A DNA stretch of 64,000 nucleotides. Origin: Patescibacteria group bacterium. Its GTDB lineage: Bacteria; Patescibacteriota; Patescibacteriia; Patescibacteriales; UBA12465. Below are positions 1-9,126 of this stretch, piece by piece. Below the pieces are notes generated by a model. It made no database searches, was not told where the DNA came from, and worked only from the letters and a program-made list of their open reading frames with translations. The position numbers were made by a program, and so were the translations under genes. Location of the stretch: NCBI GenBank assembly GCA_035269015.1, contig DATFJU010000031.1:41326-105325 (forward strand). The letters run 5' to 3'. Each line of letters begins with the position of its first letter. Position 1 is the first letter of the stretch.

Positions 1-328
1 TTCTCTTCATTTTTAAATTAATCTTTTGACTGAAATTTCTATCTTTACTAGGTCCAAAAGTGACACCACCACCAATCCAAATAGGTGATCTATTTGAGCC
101 TGCTCTAGCTCTACCAGTTCCTTTCTGACGCCATGGTTTTTTACCACCACCTCTAACTTCACTTCTAGTTTTAGTATGAGCTAAAACTTGTCTAGCATTA
201 TTCCTTTGAGCTGTAACAGCTTGATAAAGTAAATCTTGATTAGGTTCAACAGAAAACACTTTCTCATCTAAAGTCATTTCTCCAGTACTTTCAGCTTTTT
301 GATTATATATTTTTACTTTAATAGACAT
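1..328 (-). CDS. rplD: 50S ribosomal protein uL4 (runs off window start)
   Basis: Not in ORF track; ATG at 328 reads [10 protein letters not shown]...[38 protein letters not shown], the uL4 loop signature; follows rplC. Confidence 0.97.
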   Translation of the reverse strand, partial: MSIKVKIYNQKAESTGEMTLDEKVFSVEPNQDLLYQAVTAQRNNARQVLAHTKTRSEVRGGGKKPWRQKGTGRARAGSNRSPIWIGGGVTFGPSKDRNFSQKINLKMKR

Positions 329-340
329 ATTATAATATCA

Positions 341-1168
341 TTATTTTACTTGATTCTCAGCTTTTTCAGCTGTTGGCTCTTCTTTTAAATTATCTTTTTT
401 ATCTTCTTCTTTAACTTCTTCTTTCTTATTTGCTTCTTCTTTATTTGCTTCTTCTTTTTTTTCTTCTTTAATCTCAGTTGTTTCTTTATTTTCAGTATCT
501 TTTACTTCACCTTCTTTTTTTTCTTCTTTTTTCTCTGTAATTTTTAATTCACCTTCAGCGCTAATATAAACAAGAGAGTTTCTATGTCCAGGTACCGCAC
601 CTTTGATGTATAATAAATTATTTTCAGTATCTATTTTAATAATTTCTAAATTAGCTACACTAATTCTATCATTTCCCATTCTTCCGGGCATACGCATACC
701 TTTAAATACGTGAGCTGGTCCAGTTGATCCAATAGACCCTGGCATTCTTAACTGATCTTTATTACCATGAGTAGCTTTTGTACCTGAGAAACCGTGTCTT
801 TTAACTACACCTTGAAAACCTCTACCTTTTGACTTACCTGTAACTTTTACCTTTTCCCCTTCTTTAAAACTTTCAATACTAATCTCATCTCCAGCTTTAA
901 CATCTTTAAGCTCCTCGTTAATTCTAAATTCTTGTACATGTTTAGGGCTAAGATTTAATTTCTTAAAGAAAGCTAATTGAGGTTTTTTAATATTCTTTTC
1001 TTTTCTTTTTCCAAAAGCAACCTGCACAGCATTATATTTATCTTTAGCTTCACTACTTTTAATTCTAGAAATAAAACATGGTCCGGTTTTCACAGCTGTT
1101 ACAGCCACGACATCATCACCGTTCCATACTTGAGTCATATTCTGTTTTTCTCCGATTATAAATTTCAT
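341..1168 (-). CDS. rplC: 50S ribosomal protein uL3 with E/K-rich C-terminal extension
   Basis: SKGRGFQGVVKRHGF, RMPGSIG, KGMRMPGRMG motifs; likely start ATG 1168 (MKFIIGEK). Confidence 0.97.
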   Translation of the reverse strand: MKFIIGEKQNMTQVWNGDDVVAVTAVKTGPCFISRIKSSEAKDKYNAVQVAFGKRKEKNIKKPQLAFFKKLNLSPKHVQEFRINEELKDVKAGDEISIESFKEGEKVKVTGKSKGRGFQGVVKRHGFSGTKATHGNKDQLRMPGSIGSTGPAHVFKGMRMPGRMGNDRISVANLEIIKIDTENNLLYIKGAVPGHRNSLVYISAEGELKITEKKEEKKEGEVKDTENKETTEIKEEKKEEANKEEANKKEEVKEEDKKDNLKEEPTAEKAENQVK

Positions 1169-1178
1169 ATTTTTTAAC

Positions 1179-1204
1179 AAAAAACTGGCTTATCAATAAA
1201 CCAG
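1179..1204 (-). terminator. Intrinsic terminator-like hairpin just upstream of rplC start (possible attenuator)
   Basis: Minus-strand RNA CUGGUUUA-UUGA-UAAGCCAG followed by U6, ending 10 nt before the rplC ATG. Confidence 0.65.
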
Positions 1205-1340
1205 CGAACAGCCTAAAAAATTTAGGTGCTTAACATTTAGTTAATTGTTCGTGATATTTATTGAATTTACCTCCGTATATATTAGATTCCATTTAAGTAC
1301 TTTCTTAAATAATTAAGAGTTACTTAGACGGTCAATAATA
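1205..1340 (-). promoter_or_regulatory. Structured RNA element in rpsJ-rplC spacer (candidate ribosomal-protein leader)
   Basis: Three-way junction CGAACA/UGUUCG enclosing UUAAC/GUUAA and CCUAAA/UUUAGG (1205-1251), plus an upstream long hairpin (~1288-1331). Confidence 0.5.
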
Positions 1341-1364
1341 TGTTTTTAATAATACAAAAGTATT

Positions 1365-1739
1365 TTACTGCATTTTAATTTCCACGTCAACCCCTGCTGG
1401 AAGATTTAAACTACTGAGGTCTTCAATAGTCTTTTGCTTTGGTTCTACAATATCAATTATACGTTTGTGGATCCTCATTTCATATTGATCTCTAGCATCT
1501 TTATGCACAAAAGTTGATCTATTTACAGTATACTTTTTCTTGTCTACTGGTAATGGAATTGGTCCATAAATTTGCTCATCATTTCTTTGCGCTGTTTCCA
1601 TGATAGTTTTTGTAGACTGATCAATAATTTTGTGATCAAAAGCTTTAATCTTAATGCGGATTCTCTGCTTAAAATCTTTGTTTTCTTTAGTTTCTTTTTT
1701 AGCTTCAGTTTTCTTTGAAGCAACTTTTTTCTCTGCCAT
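1365..1739 (-). CDS. rpsJ: 30S ribosomal protein uS10 with basic N-terminal extension
   Basis: [41 protein letters not shown]. Confidence 0.97.
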   Translation of the reverse strand: MAEKKVASKKTEAKKETKENKDFKQRIRIKIKAFDHKIIDQSTKTIMETAQRNDEQIYGPIPLPVDKKKYTVNRSTFVHKDARDQYEMRIHKRIIDIVEPKQKTIEDLSSLNLPAGVDVEIKMQ

Positions 1740-1777
1740 GTGGATAATTTTAAATTAAATTTAAATAGGCACTACAA

Positions 1778-1800
1778 AGCCTCGGAATTAATCCGAGGCT
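1778..1800 (-). terminator. Stem-loop after tuf
   Basis: 9-bp inverted repeat AGCCTCGGA/TCCGAGGCT 8 nt after the tuf stop; weak U-tract. Confidence 0.6.
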
Positions 1801-1808
1801 CAAAGTAT

Positions 1809-2996
1809 CTATTTGTCTACTTTTGTTACAACACCAGCACCTACAGTTCTACCACCTTCACGAATAGCAAACTTTTGCTTTTCTTCTAAAGCTACAGGTG
1901 AAATTAACTTAATGTTAACATTCACAGTATCTCCAGGCATAACCATTTCAGTTCCTTCTGGTAATGTAATTTCACCAGTTACATCAGTAGTTCTAATGTA
2001 GAATTGTGGTTTATATCCTTTGAAAAATGGTTTGTGACGACCACCTTCTTCTTTACTTAGAATATAAGCTTCTGCTTCAAATTCAGTATGAGGAGTAACA
2101 CTACCTGGTTTAGCAAGTACTTGACCTCTTTCAACTTCTTCTTTTTTAACACCACGAAGCAAAATACCAGCATTATCACCAGCTTCTCCGCGATCTAGAG
2201 ATTTGTTAAACATCTCTACACCAGTAACAGTAGTTTTTTTAGTATCCATTAAACCAACCATTTCAATCTCATCACCTACATTAACAACACCTCTTTCAAT
2301 ACGACCAGTAACAACAGTACCACGTCCTTCAATTGAAAAGATGTCTTCAATAGGCATTAAGAAATCTTGATCAATATCTCTTTCAGGAGCTGGGATGTAA
2401 TCATCAAGAGCTTTTACAAGATCCATTATAGCATCTCCATCTTCTCCTTCAGAGTTTTCAAGAGCCTTTAAAGCACTACCGCGAATAATTGGAGTTTCAT
2501 CTCCAGGAAATTCATATTTATTAAGCAAATCACGAACTTCTTCTTCAACAAGATCAATTAATTCCTTGTCTTCAACCATGTCGCATTTGTTTAAAAATAC
2601 TACAATTCTTGGCACACCAACCTGACGAGCAAGTAAAATATGCTCTCTGGTTTGAGGCATGGGTCCGTCAGTAGCTGAAACTACTAAAATTGAACCATCC
2701 ATTTGAGCAGCACCTGTAATCATGTTTTTAACATAATCAGCGTGACCTGGACAGTCTACGTGAGCATAATGACGATTTTCTGATTCGTACTCAACGTGAG
2801 CTGTAGCAATAGTAATACCGCGAGCCTTTTCTTCAGGAGCGGCATCAATTTGACTTACATCCTTACTTGAAGCTGTTAAACCTTTAGCGGTTAAAGTCTT
2901 CAAAATAGCTGCAGTCAAGGTTGTTTTACCGTGGTCAACGTGGCCAATAGTTCCAACGTTAACATGCGGTTTTGATCTTTCAAATTTATCTGCCAT
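1809..2996 (-). CDS. tuf: Elongation factor Tu
   Basis: [46 protein letters not shown]. Confidence 0.99.
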   Translation of the reverse strand: MADKFERSKPHVNVGTIGHVDHGKTTLTAAILKTLTAKGLTASSKDVSQIDAAPEEKARGITIATAHVEYESENRHYAHVDCPGHADYVKNMITGAAQMDGSILVVSATDGPMPQTREHILLARQVGVPRIVVFLNKCDMVEDKELIDLVEEEVRDLLNKYEFPGDETPIIRGSALKALENSEGEDGDAIMDLVKALDDYIPAPERDIDQDFLMPIEDIFSIEGRGTVVTGRIERGVVNVGDEIEMVGLMDTKKTTVTGVEMFNKSLDRGEAGDNAGILLRGVKKEEVERGQVLAKPGSVTPHTEFEAEAYILSKEEGGRHKPFFKGYKPQFYIRTTDVTGEITLPEGTEMVMPGDTVNVNIKLISPVALEEKQKFAIREGGRTVGAGVVTKVDK

Positions 2997-3008
2997 GTTT
3001 TTATGTTC

Positions 3009-3056
3009 ACGACCCCTAATAATAGGGTTACTTGTTCTATAAGAACAACCAGTCGT
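3009..3056 (-). promoter_or_regulatory. Three-way-junction RNA in tuf 5' leader
   Basis: ACGAC/GUCGU closing UUGUUCU/AGAACAA and CCCUA/UAGGG; GC-rich island in AT-rich spacer, 12 nt before the tuf ATG. Confidence 0.5.
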
Positions 3057-3119
3057 ATTTCTTAATTATTTATAATTATATTAATATTTTTAATATTTTA
3101 TTTAACTTGCTTTAGTTAT

Positions 3120-3545
3120 TTATTCAATAACCTCCGTAGCTGAATTTTTTACCTGTCTAGAAATTTCCCATTTTTCCTTCTTGTTTTCCAATACATCTTT
3201 TACTGAAGTTGGCATATTAGGATCGCTATAAACTTCCCTATTTCCTGATACACCATTTAATTCTTCTCCACTAATATCATCATTACTATTTTCTTCTATA
3301 TTTCCCTCATTATCTGATTGATTATCATTCTCTTTAATGGATTCTATTTTATCACCTGAATCACTAGTTGTCAACTCTTCACTCCTATCACTTTTATTCT
3401 CATTTTTTTCATTATTAAGCAACTTTTGATAATCTTTTAAGGATACAGCTACCCATGATTTTTCAGGGTTTTCAAGATTATATATAACTAATCTATCATT
3501 ATTTTCCTGTGATAGACTAAGTAATTTTAGTAAATCATTATTCAT
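3120..3545 (-). CDS. Hypothetical protein between fusA and tuf; Phd/YefM-like N-terminus plus acidic disordered tail
   Basis: 141-aa ORF tightly following fusA; DRLVIYN...WVAVSLKDYQKL resembles the Phd/YefM motif; N/E/D/S-rich middle. Confidence 0.75.
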   Translation of the reverse strand: MNNDLLKLLSLSQENNDRLVIYNLENPEKSWVAVSLKDYQKLLNNEKNENKSDRSEELTTSDSGDKIESIKENDNQSDNEGNIEENSNDDISGEELNGVSGNREVYSDPNMPTSVKDVLENKKEKWEISRQVKNSATEVIE

Positions 3546-3554
3546 AGTTATATA

Positions 3555-5630
3555 TTAAGAATTCTTTTCCTTTATTTTCTCTAATATATTAGCAGGCACT
3601 TCAGCATAATGCAAGAATTCCATAGTATAATTAGCTCTTCCCTGACTCATAGATCTAATATCAGTAGCATAACCAAACATTTCAGAAAGTGGCACTTTAG
3701 CGTCAATAACTTTAGTGTTAGCTCTATCAACCATATCACCAATTTGACCACGTCTAGCATTTAAATCACCAATAATATTACCCATATATTCTTCTGAAGT
3801 TACCACCTCAACTTTCATCACTGGCTCAAGTAGTACAGGTTTAGCTTTTTGACAAGCATCTTTAAAAGCAAAAATACTAGCCATTTTAAAGGCCAACTCA
3901 GAAGAGTCAACATCATGATAAGAACCATCAAAAACAGCTACTTTTATATCAACCATAGGATAACCAGCTAAAATACCATTATTCATAGCTTCTTTAACAC
4001 CCTTCTCAATAGCTGGAATAAACTCCTGAGGAATTGAACCACCTTTAATTTCATTAACAAATTCAAAGCCAGCACCCTCTTCATTAGATTCAACGCGTAA
4101 GTAACAATGACCATACTGACCTTTACCACCTGATTGCTTAACATATTTATGCTCAGCCTCAGCTGTCTCTTTAATAGTTTCCCTATATGATACTTGTGGT
4201 TGACCCACATTGGCTTCTACATTAAATTCTCTTTTCATACGGTCAATAAGTACATCCAAGTGTAATTCTCCCATACCTGAGATAAGTGTTTGATTAGTTT
4301 CTTCATCAGTTTCAACTCTAAAAGTTGGATCTTCTTCTGCTAACTTAGATAAAGCTACACCCATTTTTTCTTGGTCAGCTTTAGTTTTTGGTTCCACTGC
4401 TATTTGAATAACAGGATCAGGAAAATTAATTGATTCTAAAAGCACTGGTGTATCTTCTGCACATAGAGTATTACCGGTAGTAGAGTCTTTTAAACCAACT
4501 ACAGCTGCAATATCTCCAGCATACAATTCTTTTACTTCTTCACGGCTATTAGCATGCATTCTTACTAATCTTCCAATTCTTTCTTTTTTACCAGTAGAAG
4601 AATTAAGAACATATGTTCCTGATTCTAAAACTCCTCTGTAGACACGAATAAAAGCTAATTTTCCCACATAAGGATCAGTAGCAATTTTAAAAGCTAAAGC
4701 AGCAAATGGTTCATCATCATTTGATTTTACTACCACTTCTTTCTCTTCATCTTTAGGATCATGACCTGTAATATCAACTGCCTCAACCGGATCAGGTAAA
4801 TACTTAATTACAGCATCTAAGCCCGGTTGAATACCAATATTTTTCAAAGCTGTACCACATAATACAGGATATAATTTATTATTTACTACTCCAATATGAG
4901 CAGCCTTTTCTAACTCATCAATACTAAGCTCTTCTCCATTTAAATATTTTTCCATAATAACTTCATCGTTTTCCACTATTTTTTCAATCATTTCTGCACG
5001 ATATTTTTCTACTTTTTCTTTCATATCTTCTGATATTTCAATTTCCTCAATATTTTCACCAAAATTACCAGTAAACTTCATAGCTTTTCTACTCATAAGG
5101 TCAATTATACCACTAAAGTCATCTTCAGCACCAATAGGTAATTGAAAAGCAACAGCATTAGGATTTAACCTTTCTCTAATAGAGTCAAGACTCATATAGA
5201 AATCAGCTCCTAACTTGTCCATCTTATTTACAAAACAAAGTCTAGGTACCTCATATTTATCAGCTTGTCTCCAAACAGTTTCAGACTGAGGCTCTACACC
5301 AGCAGAACCATCAAAAACAGCAATAGCTCCGTCAAGCACTCTTAAAGATCTTTCTACCTCAACGGTAAAGTCAACGTGACCAGGAGTATCAATAATATTA
5401 ATCTTATGATCTTTCCAATAACAAGTAGTAGCCGCAGAGGTAATAGTAATTCCTCTTTCTTTTTCTTGTTCCATCCAATCCATTTCGGATTCTCCACTAT
5501 GAGTTTCTCCAATTTTATGCTTTTTTCCAGTATAAAAAAGCACCCTTTCAGTGAAGGTGGTCTTTCCGGCATCAATGTGAGCCATAATACCAATATTTCT
5601 AATTTTTTCTAATGGGTATTCTCGAGGCAT
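3555..5630 (-). CDS. fusA: Elongation factor G
   Basis: [32 protein letters not shown]; 691 aa. Confidence 0.99.
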   Translation of the reverse strand: MPREYPLEKIRNIGIMAHIDAGKTTFTERVLFYTGKKHKIGETHSGESEMDWMEQEKERGITITSAATTCYWKDHKINIIDTPGHVDFTVEVERSLRVLDGAIAVFDGSAGVEPQSETVWRQADKYEVPRLCFVNKMDKLGADFYMSLDSIRERLNPNAVAFQLPIGAEDDFSGIIDLMSRKAMKFTGNFGENIEEIEISEDMKEKVEKYRAEMIEKIVENDEVIMEKYLNGEELSIDELEKAAHIGVVNNKLYPVLCGTALKNIGIQPGLDAVIKYLPDPVEAVDITGHDPKDEEKEVVVKSNDDEPFAALAFKIATDPYVGKLAFIRVYRGVLESGTYVLNSSTGKKERIGRLVRMHANSREEVKELYAGDIAAVVGLKDSTTGNTLCAEDTPVLLESINFPDPVIQIAVEPKTKADQEKMGVALSKLAEEDPTFRVETDEETNQTLISGMGELHLDVLIDRMKREFNVEANVGQPQVSYRETIKETAEAEHKYVKQSGGKGQYGHCYLRVESNEEGAGFEFVNEIKGGSIPQEFIPAIEKGVKEAMNNGILAGYPMVDIKVAVFDGSYHDVDSSELAFKMASIFAFKDACQKAKPVLLEPVMKVEVVTSEEYMGNIIGDLNARRGQIGDMVDRANTKVIDAKVPLSEMFGYATDIRSMSQGRANYTMEFLHYAEVPANILEKIKEKNS

Positions 5631-5689
5631 AATAATTTATTTAATCTTTATATATGTTTAAATTTAAAACTTTTTTATTAAAACTTCTA

Positions 5690-6157
5690 TTATCTAGCAA
5701 AGTGAGCAAAAGCCTTATTAGATTCAGCCATCTTATGTACGTTTTCTCTTTTTCTTACAGCCATACCCTCACCTTCAGAAGCTTCTAAAATTTCATTAGC
5801 TAATTTTTCAGCCATAGCCTTACCTTTCTTACTTTTAGTTGAATCAATTAACCACTTACAAGCTAAATAAAAACGTCTGTCCCCTTTTACTTGAAAAGGA
5901 ACCTGAAAATTAGCACCACCAACTCTACGCCCTCTAACTTCAACTAGTGGTGATATTTTTTTCATAGCTTTGTTGAAAATATGTCTTGGGTCTTGCTTAG
6001 TTTTTTCTTTAATAATATCAAAGGAATCATACACAATAGTTTGAGCCACTGATTTTTTACCATGACTCATGATGTAATTGATAAACTTAGCAATACTTTC
6101 ATCATTATATTTTAAATCCCCTTTTATTTCTTTTTTTTGAGCTTGTTTTCCTCTCAT
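5690..6157 (-). CDS. rpsG: 30S ribosomal protein uS7
   Basis: GKKSVAQTIVY, EVRGRRVGGANFQVP, HKMAESNKAFAHF. Confidence 0.98.
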   Translation of the reverse strand: MRGKQAQKKEIKGDLKYNDESIAKFINYIMSHGKKSVAQTIVYDSFDIIKEKTKQDPRHIFNKAMKKISPLVEVRGRRVGGANFQVPFQVKGDRRFYLACKWLIDSTKSKKGKAMAEKLANEILEASEGEGMAVRKRENVHKMAESNKAFAHFAR

Positions 6158-6173
6158 ATGTATTTATATATTA

Positions 6174-6587
6174 TTAACTTTTTTTAGCACCATATTTACT
6201 ACGGCTCTTCTTTCTACCTTCCACACCCTGTGCATCATATACGCCTCTAACCACTTTATATCTAACACCAGCTAAATCTTTAGTACGTCCACCCTTAAGT
6301 AGAACCACTGAGTGTTCTTGTAAATTATGTCCCATTCCAGGCACATAAGCAGTAACTTCCATACCATTTGAAAGTCTAACCCTAGCAATTTTACGCAAAG
6401 CTGAGTTAGGTTTTTTAGGTGTCATTGTAGTTACCTTTAAACAAACCCCTTGCTTAAAAGGAGAGCCTTTTTTGGTAACTTCTTTTTTACGGTGCAAAGT
6501 ATCTACATTTGTATGTAAAGCCAAGGTTTTCTTTTTCTTCTTTATTTGCTTTCTTCCCTTGCGCACCAATTGATTAATTGTTGGCAT
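6174..6587 (-). CDS. rpsL: 30S ribosomal protein uS12
   Basis: [35 protein letters not shown]. Confidence 0.99.
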   Translation of the reverse strand: MPTINQLVRKGRKQIKKKKKTLALHTNVDTLHRKKEVTKKGSPFKQGVCLKVTTMTPKKPNSALRKIARVRLSNGMEVTAYVPGMGHNLQEHSVVLLKGGRTKDLAGVRYKVVRGVYDAQGVEGRKKSRSKYGAKKS

Positions 6588-6650
6588 AATCTATTTAATC
6601 TTATTTTTATATTATATTTATATACTACGTTTATATATAATTTTCAAGAT

Positions 6651-6673
6651 AAAAATAATCCCGTATAACGGGA
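6651..6673 (-). terminator. Terminator-like hairpin between M50 protease gene and rpsL
   Basis: UCCCGU-UAU-ACGGGA followed by UUAUUUUU. Confidence 0.55.
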
Positions 6674-6752
6674 CAATATTTATATAGCTAATTTAACAAA
6701 TGTAAAAAGATAAGTCAAGACCTTCTTTAACTTGGTTTATCTTAATAATTAA

Positions 6753-7397
6753 TTAAACTCCAAACATCATGCTTATTTGCATCATAGCACCATTACCTAC
6801 AATAAGTCTCATTAAGAAAAAGGTTACAGGAATAATAATATCAAAAGCAAAAAAGATAAAAATAATTACCAATATCATTCCATATCTTTCTAATTTTATG
6901 AATTGCATTTGCCACTTAAAGGGTAAGAAAGGCATTATTACCTTAGACCCATCTAAAGGAGGAATGGGCATAAGATTAAATATCATGAGTACTAGATTAA
7001 TAAGTATTGCCATAGCAAATAAGGCTATCATAGTAGGATTAGCTATTTCCAAAAAACGCAAAGTCAAGCCCAGCATTAAAGCTATAATCAGATTTCCTAA
7101 AGGACCAGCAATAGCAACCTTAGCTGAGCCCCACTTTTTATCACTTAAATTATTAGGATTAAACGGTACTGGTTTAGCCCAACCAAAAATAATACCAGTG
7201 CCAGATAATGCCATTAGTGAAGGTAATATAATTGAACCAAAAAGATCCAAATGAGGAATTGGATTCAAAGTTAGGCGACCCGCATCTTTAGCTGTGTTAT
7301 CACCTAAGCGCTCAGCCATCCAACCATGCATGTATTCATGGATAATTGCTGAAAATATTAATATTATAATACCAAATATTTGTAACATAATATTCAC
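6753..7397 (-). CDS. Site-2 protease family (M50) membrane metalloprotease, YwhC-like
   Basis: HEYMH, GRLTLNP, WAKPVP, AGPLGN, FNLMPIPPLDG. Confidence 0.93.
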   Translation of the reverse strand: MNIMLQIFGIIILIFSAIIHEYMHGWMAERLGDNTAKDAGRLTLNPIPHLDLFGSIILPSLMALSGTGIIFGWAKPVPFNPNNLSDKKWGSAKVAIAGPLGNLIIALMLGLTLRFLEIANPTMIALFAMAILINLVLMIFNLMPIPPLDGSKVIMPFLPFKWQMQFIKLERYGMILVIIFIFFAFDIIIPVTFFLMRLIVGNGAMMQISMMFGV

Positions 7398-7474
7398 ATA
7401 TTATCATAACTTGATTTTTAAATCAAAGCGTGATAGTATAGCTTTATCATTAATTAGAAATTAATTTAAATCAT

Positions 7475-7666
7475 ATGGCGCGAAAATGTGATATCTGCCA
7501 AAGAGGCTCAACTAAAGGAGCTAGTCGCTCTCACTCTAAAGTTAAAACCTTAAAACGCCAACACATTAATTTGCAAAGCAGAAAGGTTGGAGGTATAAAA
7601 ATAAAAGTTTGTACTTCTTGTCTAAGAACTTTAACTAAAGACGAAAGAGCCCAGGCAAAAAAATAA
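7475..7666 (+). CDS. rpmB: 50S ribosomal protein bL28
   Basis: MARKCDIC...SRSHS...NLQ...KVCTSCLR. Confidence 0.95.
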   Translation: MARKCDICQRGSTKGASRSHSKVKTLKRQHINLQSRKVGGIKIKVCTSCLRTLTKDERAQAKK

Positions 7667-7667
7667 A

Positions 7668-9074
7668 TTAAATATTTTTTACAAACAACAGATTTTTTCG
7701 AAGTCTGTTTTTTGTTATCTGAAAATATAATAATATTCCTAAATAATACAAAAAAACAAAGTATATATTAATATTTAAACTTATATAAAAAGCACTAAAA
7801 TTAAAACTAGCTATAATATAAAAATATTCAAAAACAAAATATAAAGGTATAAAAAATATTTTAGATATAAAAGCTATACCTGACACACTGATACCTGAAA
7901 TAATTAAAACCAAGATTACTGGAAGAAGTGGTAATATTAATAAATTAAGAAAAATTGATAAAGTGTTATAAACACCAAAATAATATAAAAGAAGTGGCCA
8001 AAGTATAATGTTAACTGCCAAAGAAGCTATAAACAAAAAATAAAAATATTTAAAGTATTTATTTTTAAATATAGTGATAATAAATTTATATAAACTCAAC
8101 TTTAAACCTCTATATCTGCCCTCTTTAAGTTTTAGCGCCACTTTACTAACTCTTCTAATAATATAATAATCTAAACTTGGCATAATACTTAGAAGCGACC
8201 AAACTGCTAAAAAAGACATTTGCATAGCCGGACTAAACAATAATTCAGGTGAAATAAAAAGTATAATAAAACCTGCTAAATACAATCTATTTAAAGACTT
8301 TTTTAAAGTGTTAGCACTGAAGCTAATTATAATCATTATCACTGCCCTTGAGGCAGAAACACTAAAACTAATCATAGCTAAATATATAAGTAAAATACCG
8401 CTTATTAAAAACTTAATTAACTTATTATTAACTCTTAATCTTTTAAAAATAAAAAAGATTAAAGTATAAAGTATAGCAATGTGCATTCCTGATATAGCTA
8501 AAATATGAGCCAAACCATTATCTTCCAAGCTTTCTTTTAGTTGAGGCTCTACCTCTGTTTTTAAACCTAAAAACATAGCCTTAGATAATCCTGCTCCTGG
8601 CTCAGGTAAATTTCTCTCTATCTTGTTAACTAGTTTCATTTTAAATAACCATAATTTATATTTAATTTTCTTAAATATGGCTAACGTAGAATAATTTACT
8701 ACATCTAACTTTCTAATACTCCAAGAATAACAAGTAAAATATATATTTTGTTTATATAAATAACTTTTATAATCAAAATCACTATAGTTTTCCGGTACTT
8801 GTAATTTACATTTAACCAACAACTTGTCATACAAACTGTAACTAGGAAAAATTGATGTTGTAACTTGCACTTTATAGGGTTCATCGCTACACAACACTAA
8901 TACTTGCTTGTCAAAATACCTTTTGGGCTCACTACAAACATTAGCCACAAAAGACTTATCTTCAGGTTTTTTAAACTTGTGTATTTCATTGCTTAAAAAA
9001 CAAAACCTTAAAAACAAAATAAAAACTAATAAATATTTAAAGGTTTTAGATTTAAAAAAATAGCGTTTAGTCAT
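7668..9074 (-). CDS. comEC: ComEC/Rec2 competence channel (OB plus Competence domains, no beta-lactamase domain)
   Basis: FDYKSYL, GLAHILAISGMHI, SASRAVIM, MQMSFLAV; many TM helices. Confidence 0.88.
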   Translation of the reverse strand: MTKRYFFKSKTFKYLLVFILFLRFCFLSNEIHKFKKPEDKSFVANVCSEPKRYFDKQVLVLCSDEPYKVQVTTSIFPSYSLYDKLLVKCKLQVPENYSDFDYKSYLYKQNIYFTCYSWSIRKLDVVNYSTLAIFKKIKYKLWLFKMKLVNKIERNLPEPGAGLSKAMFLGLKTEVEPQLKESLEDNGLAHILAISGMHIAILYTLIFFIFKRLRVNNKLIKFLISGILLIYLAMISFSVSASRAVIMIIISFSANTLKKSLNRLYLAGFIILFISPELLFSPAMQMSFLAVWSLLSIMPSLDYYIIRRVSKVALKLKEGRYRGLKLSLYKFIITIFKNKYFKYFYFLFIASLAVNIILWPLLLYYFGVYNTLSIFLNLLILPLLPVILVLIISGISVSGIAFISKIFFIPLYFVFEYFYIIASFNFSAFYISLNINIYFVFLYYLGILLYFQITKNRLRKNLLFVKNI

Positions 9075-9126
9075 AACGCTATATTAAAGGAATCTATATT
9101 AAAATTATCTAAAGTAAATAACAAAA

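Noticed and set aside
3009-3056. tuf-leader three-way junction as a hammerhead ribozyme
   Set aside because: Lacks the CUGANGA and GAAA core.
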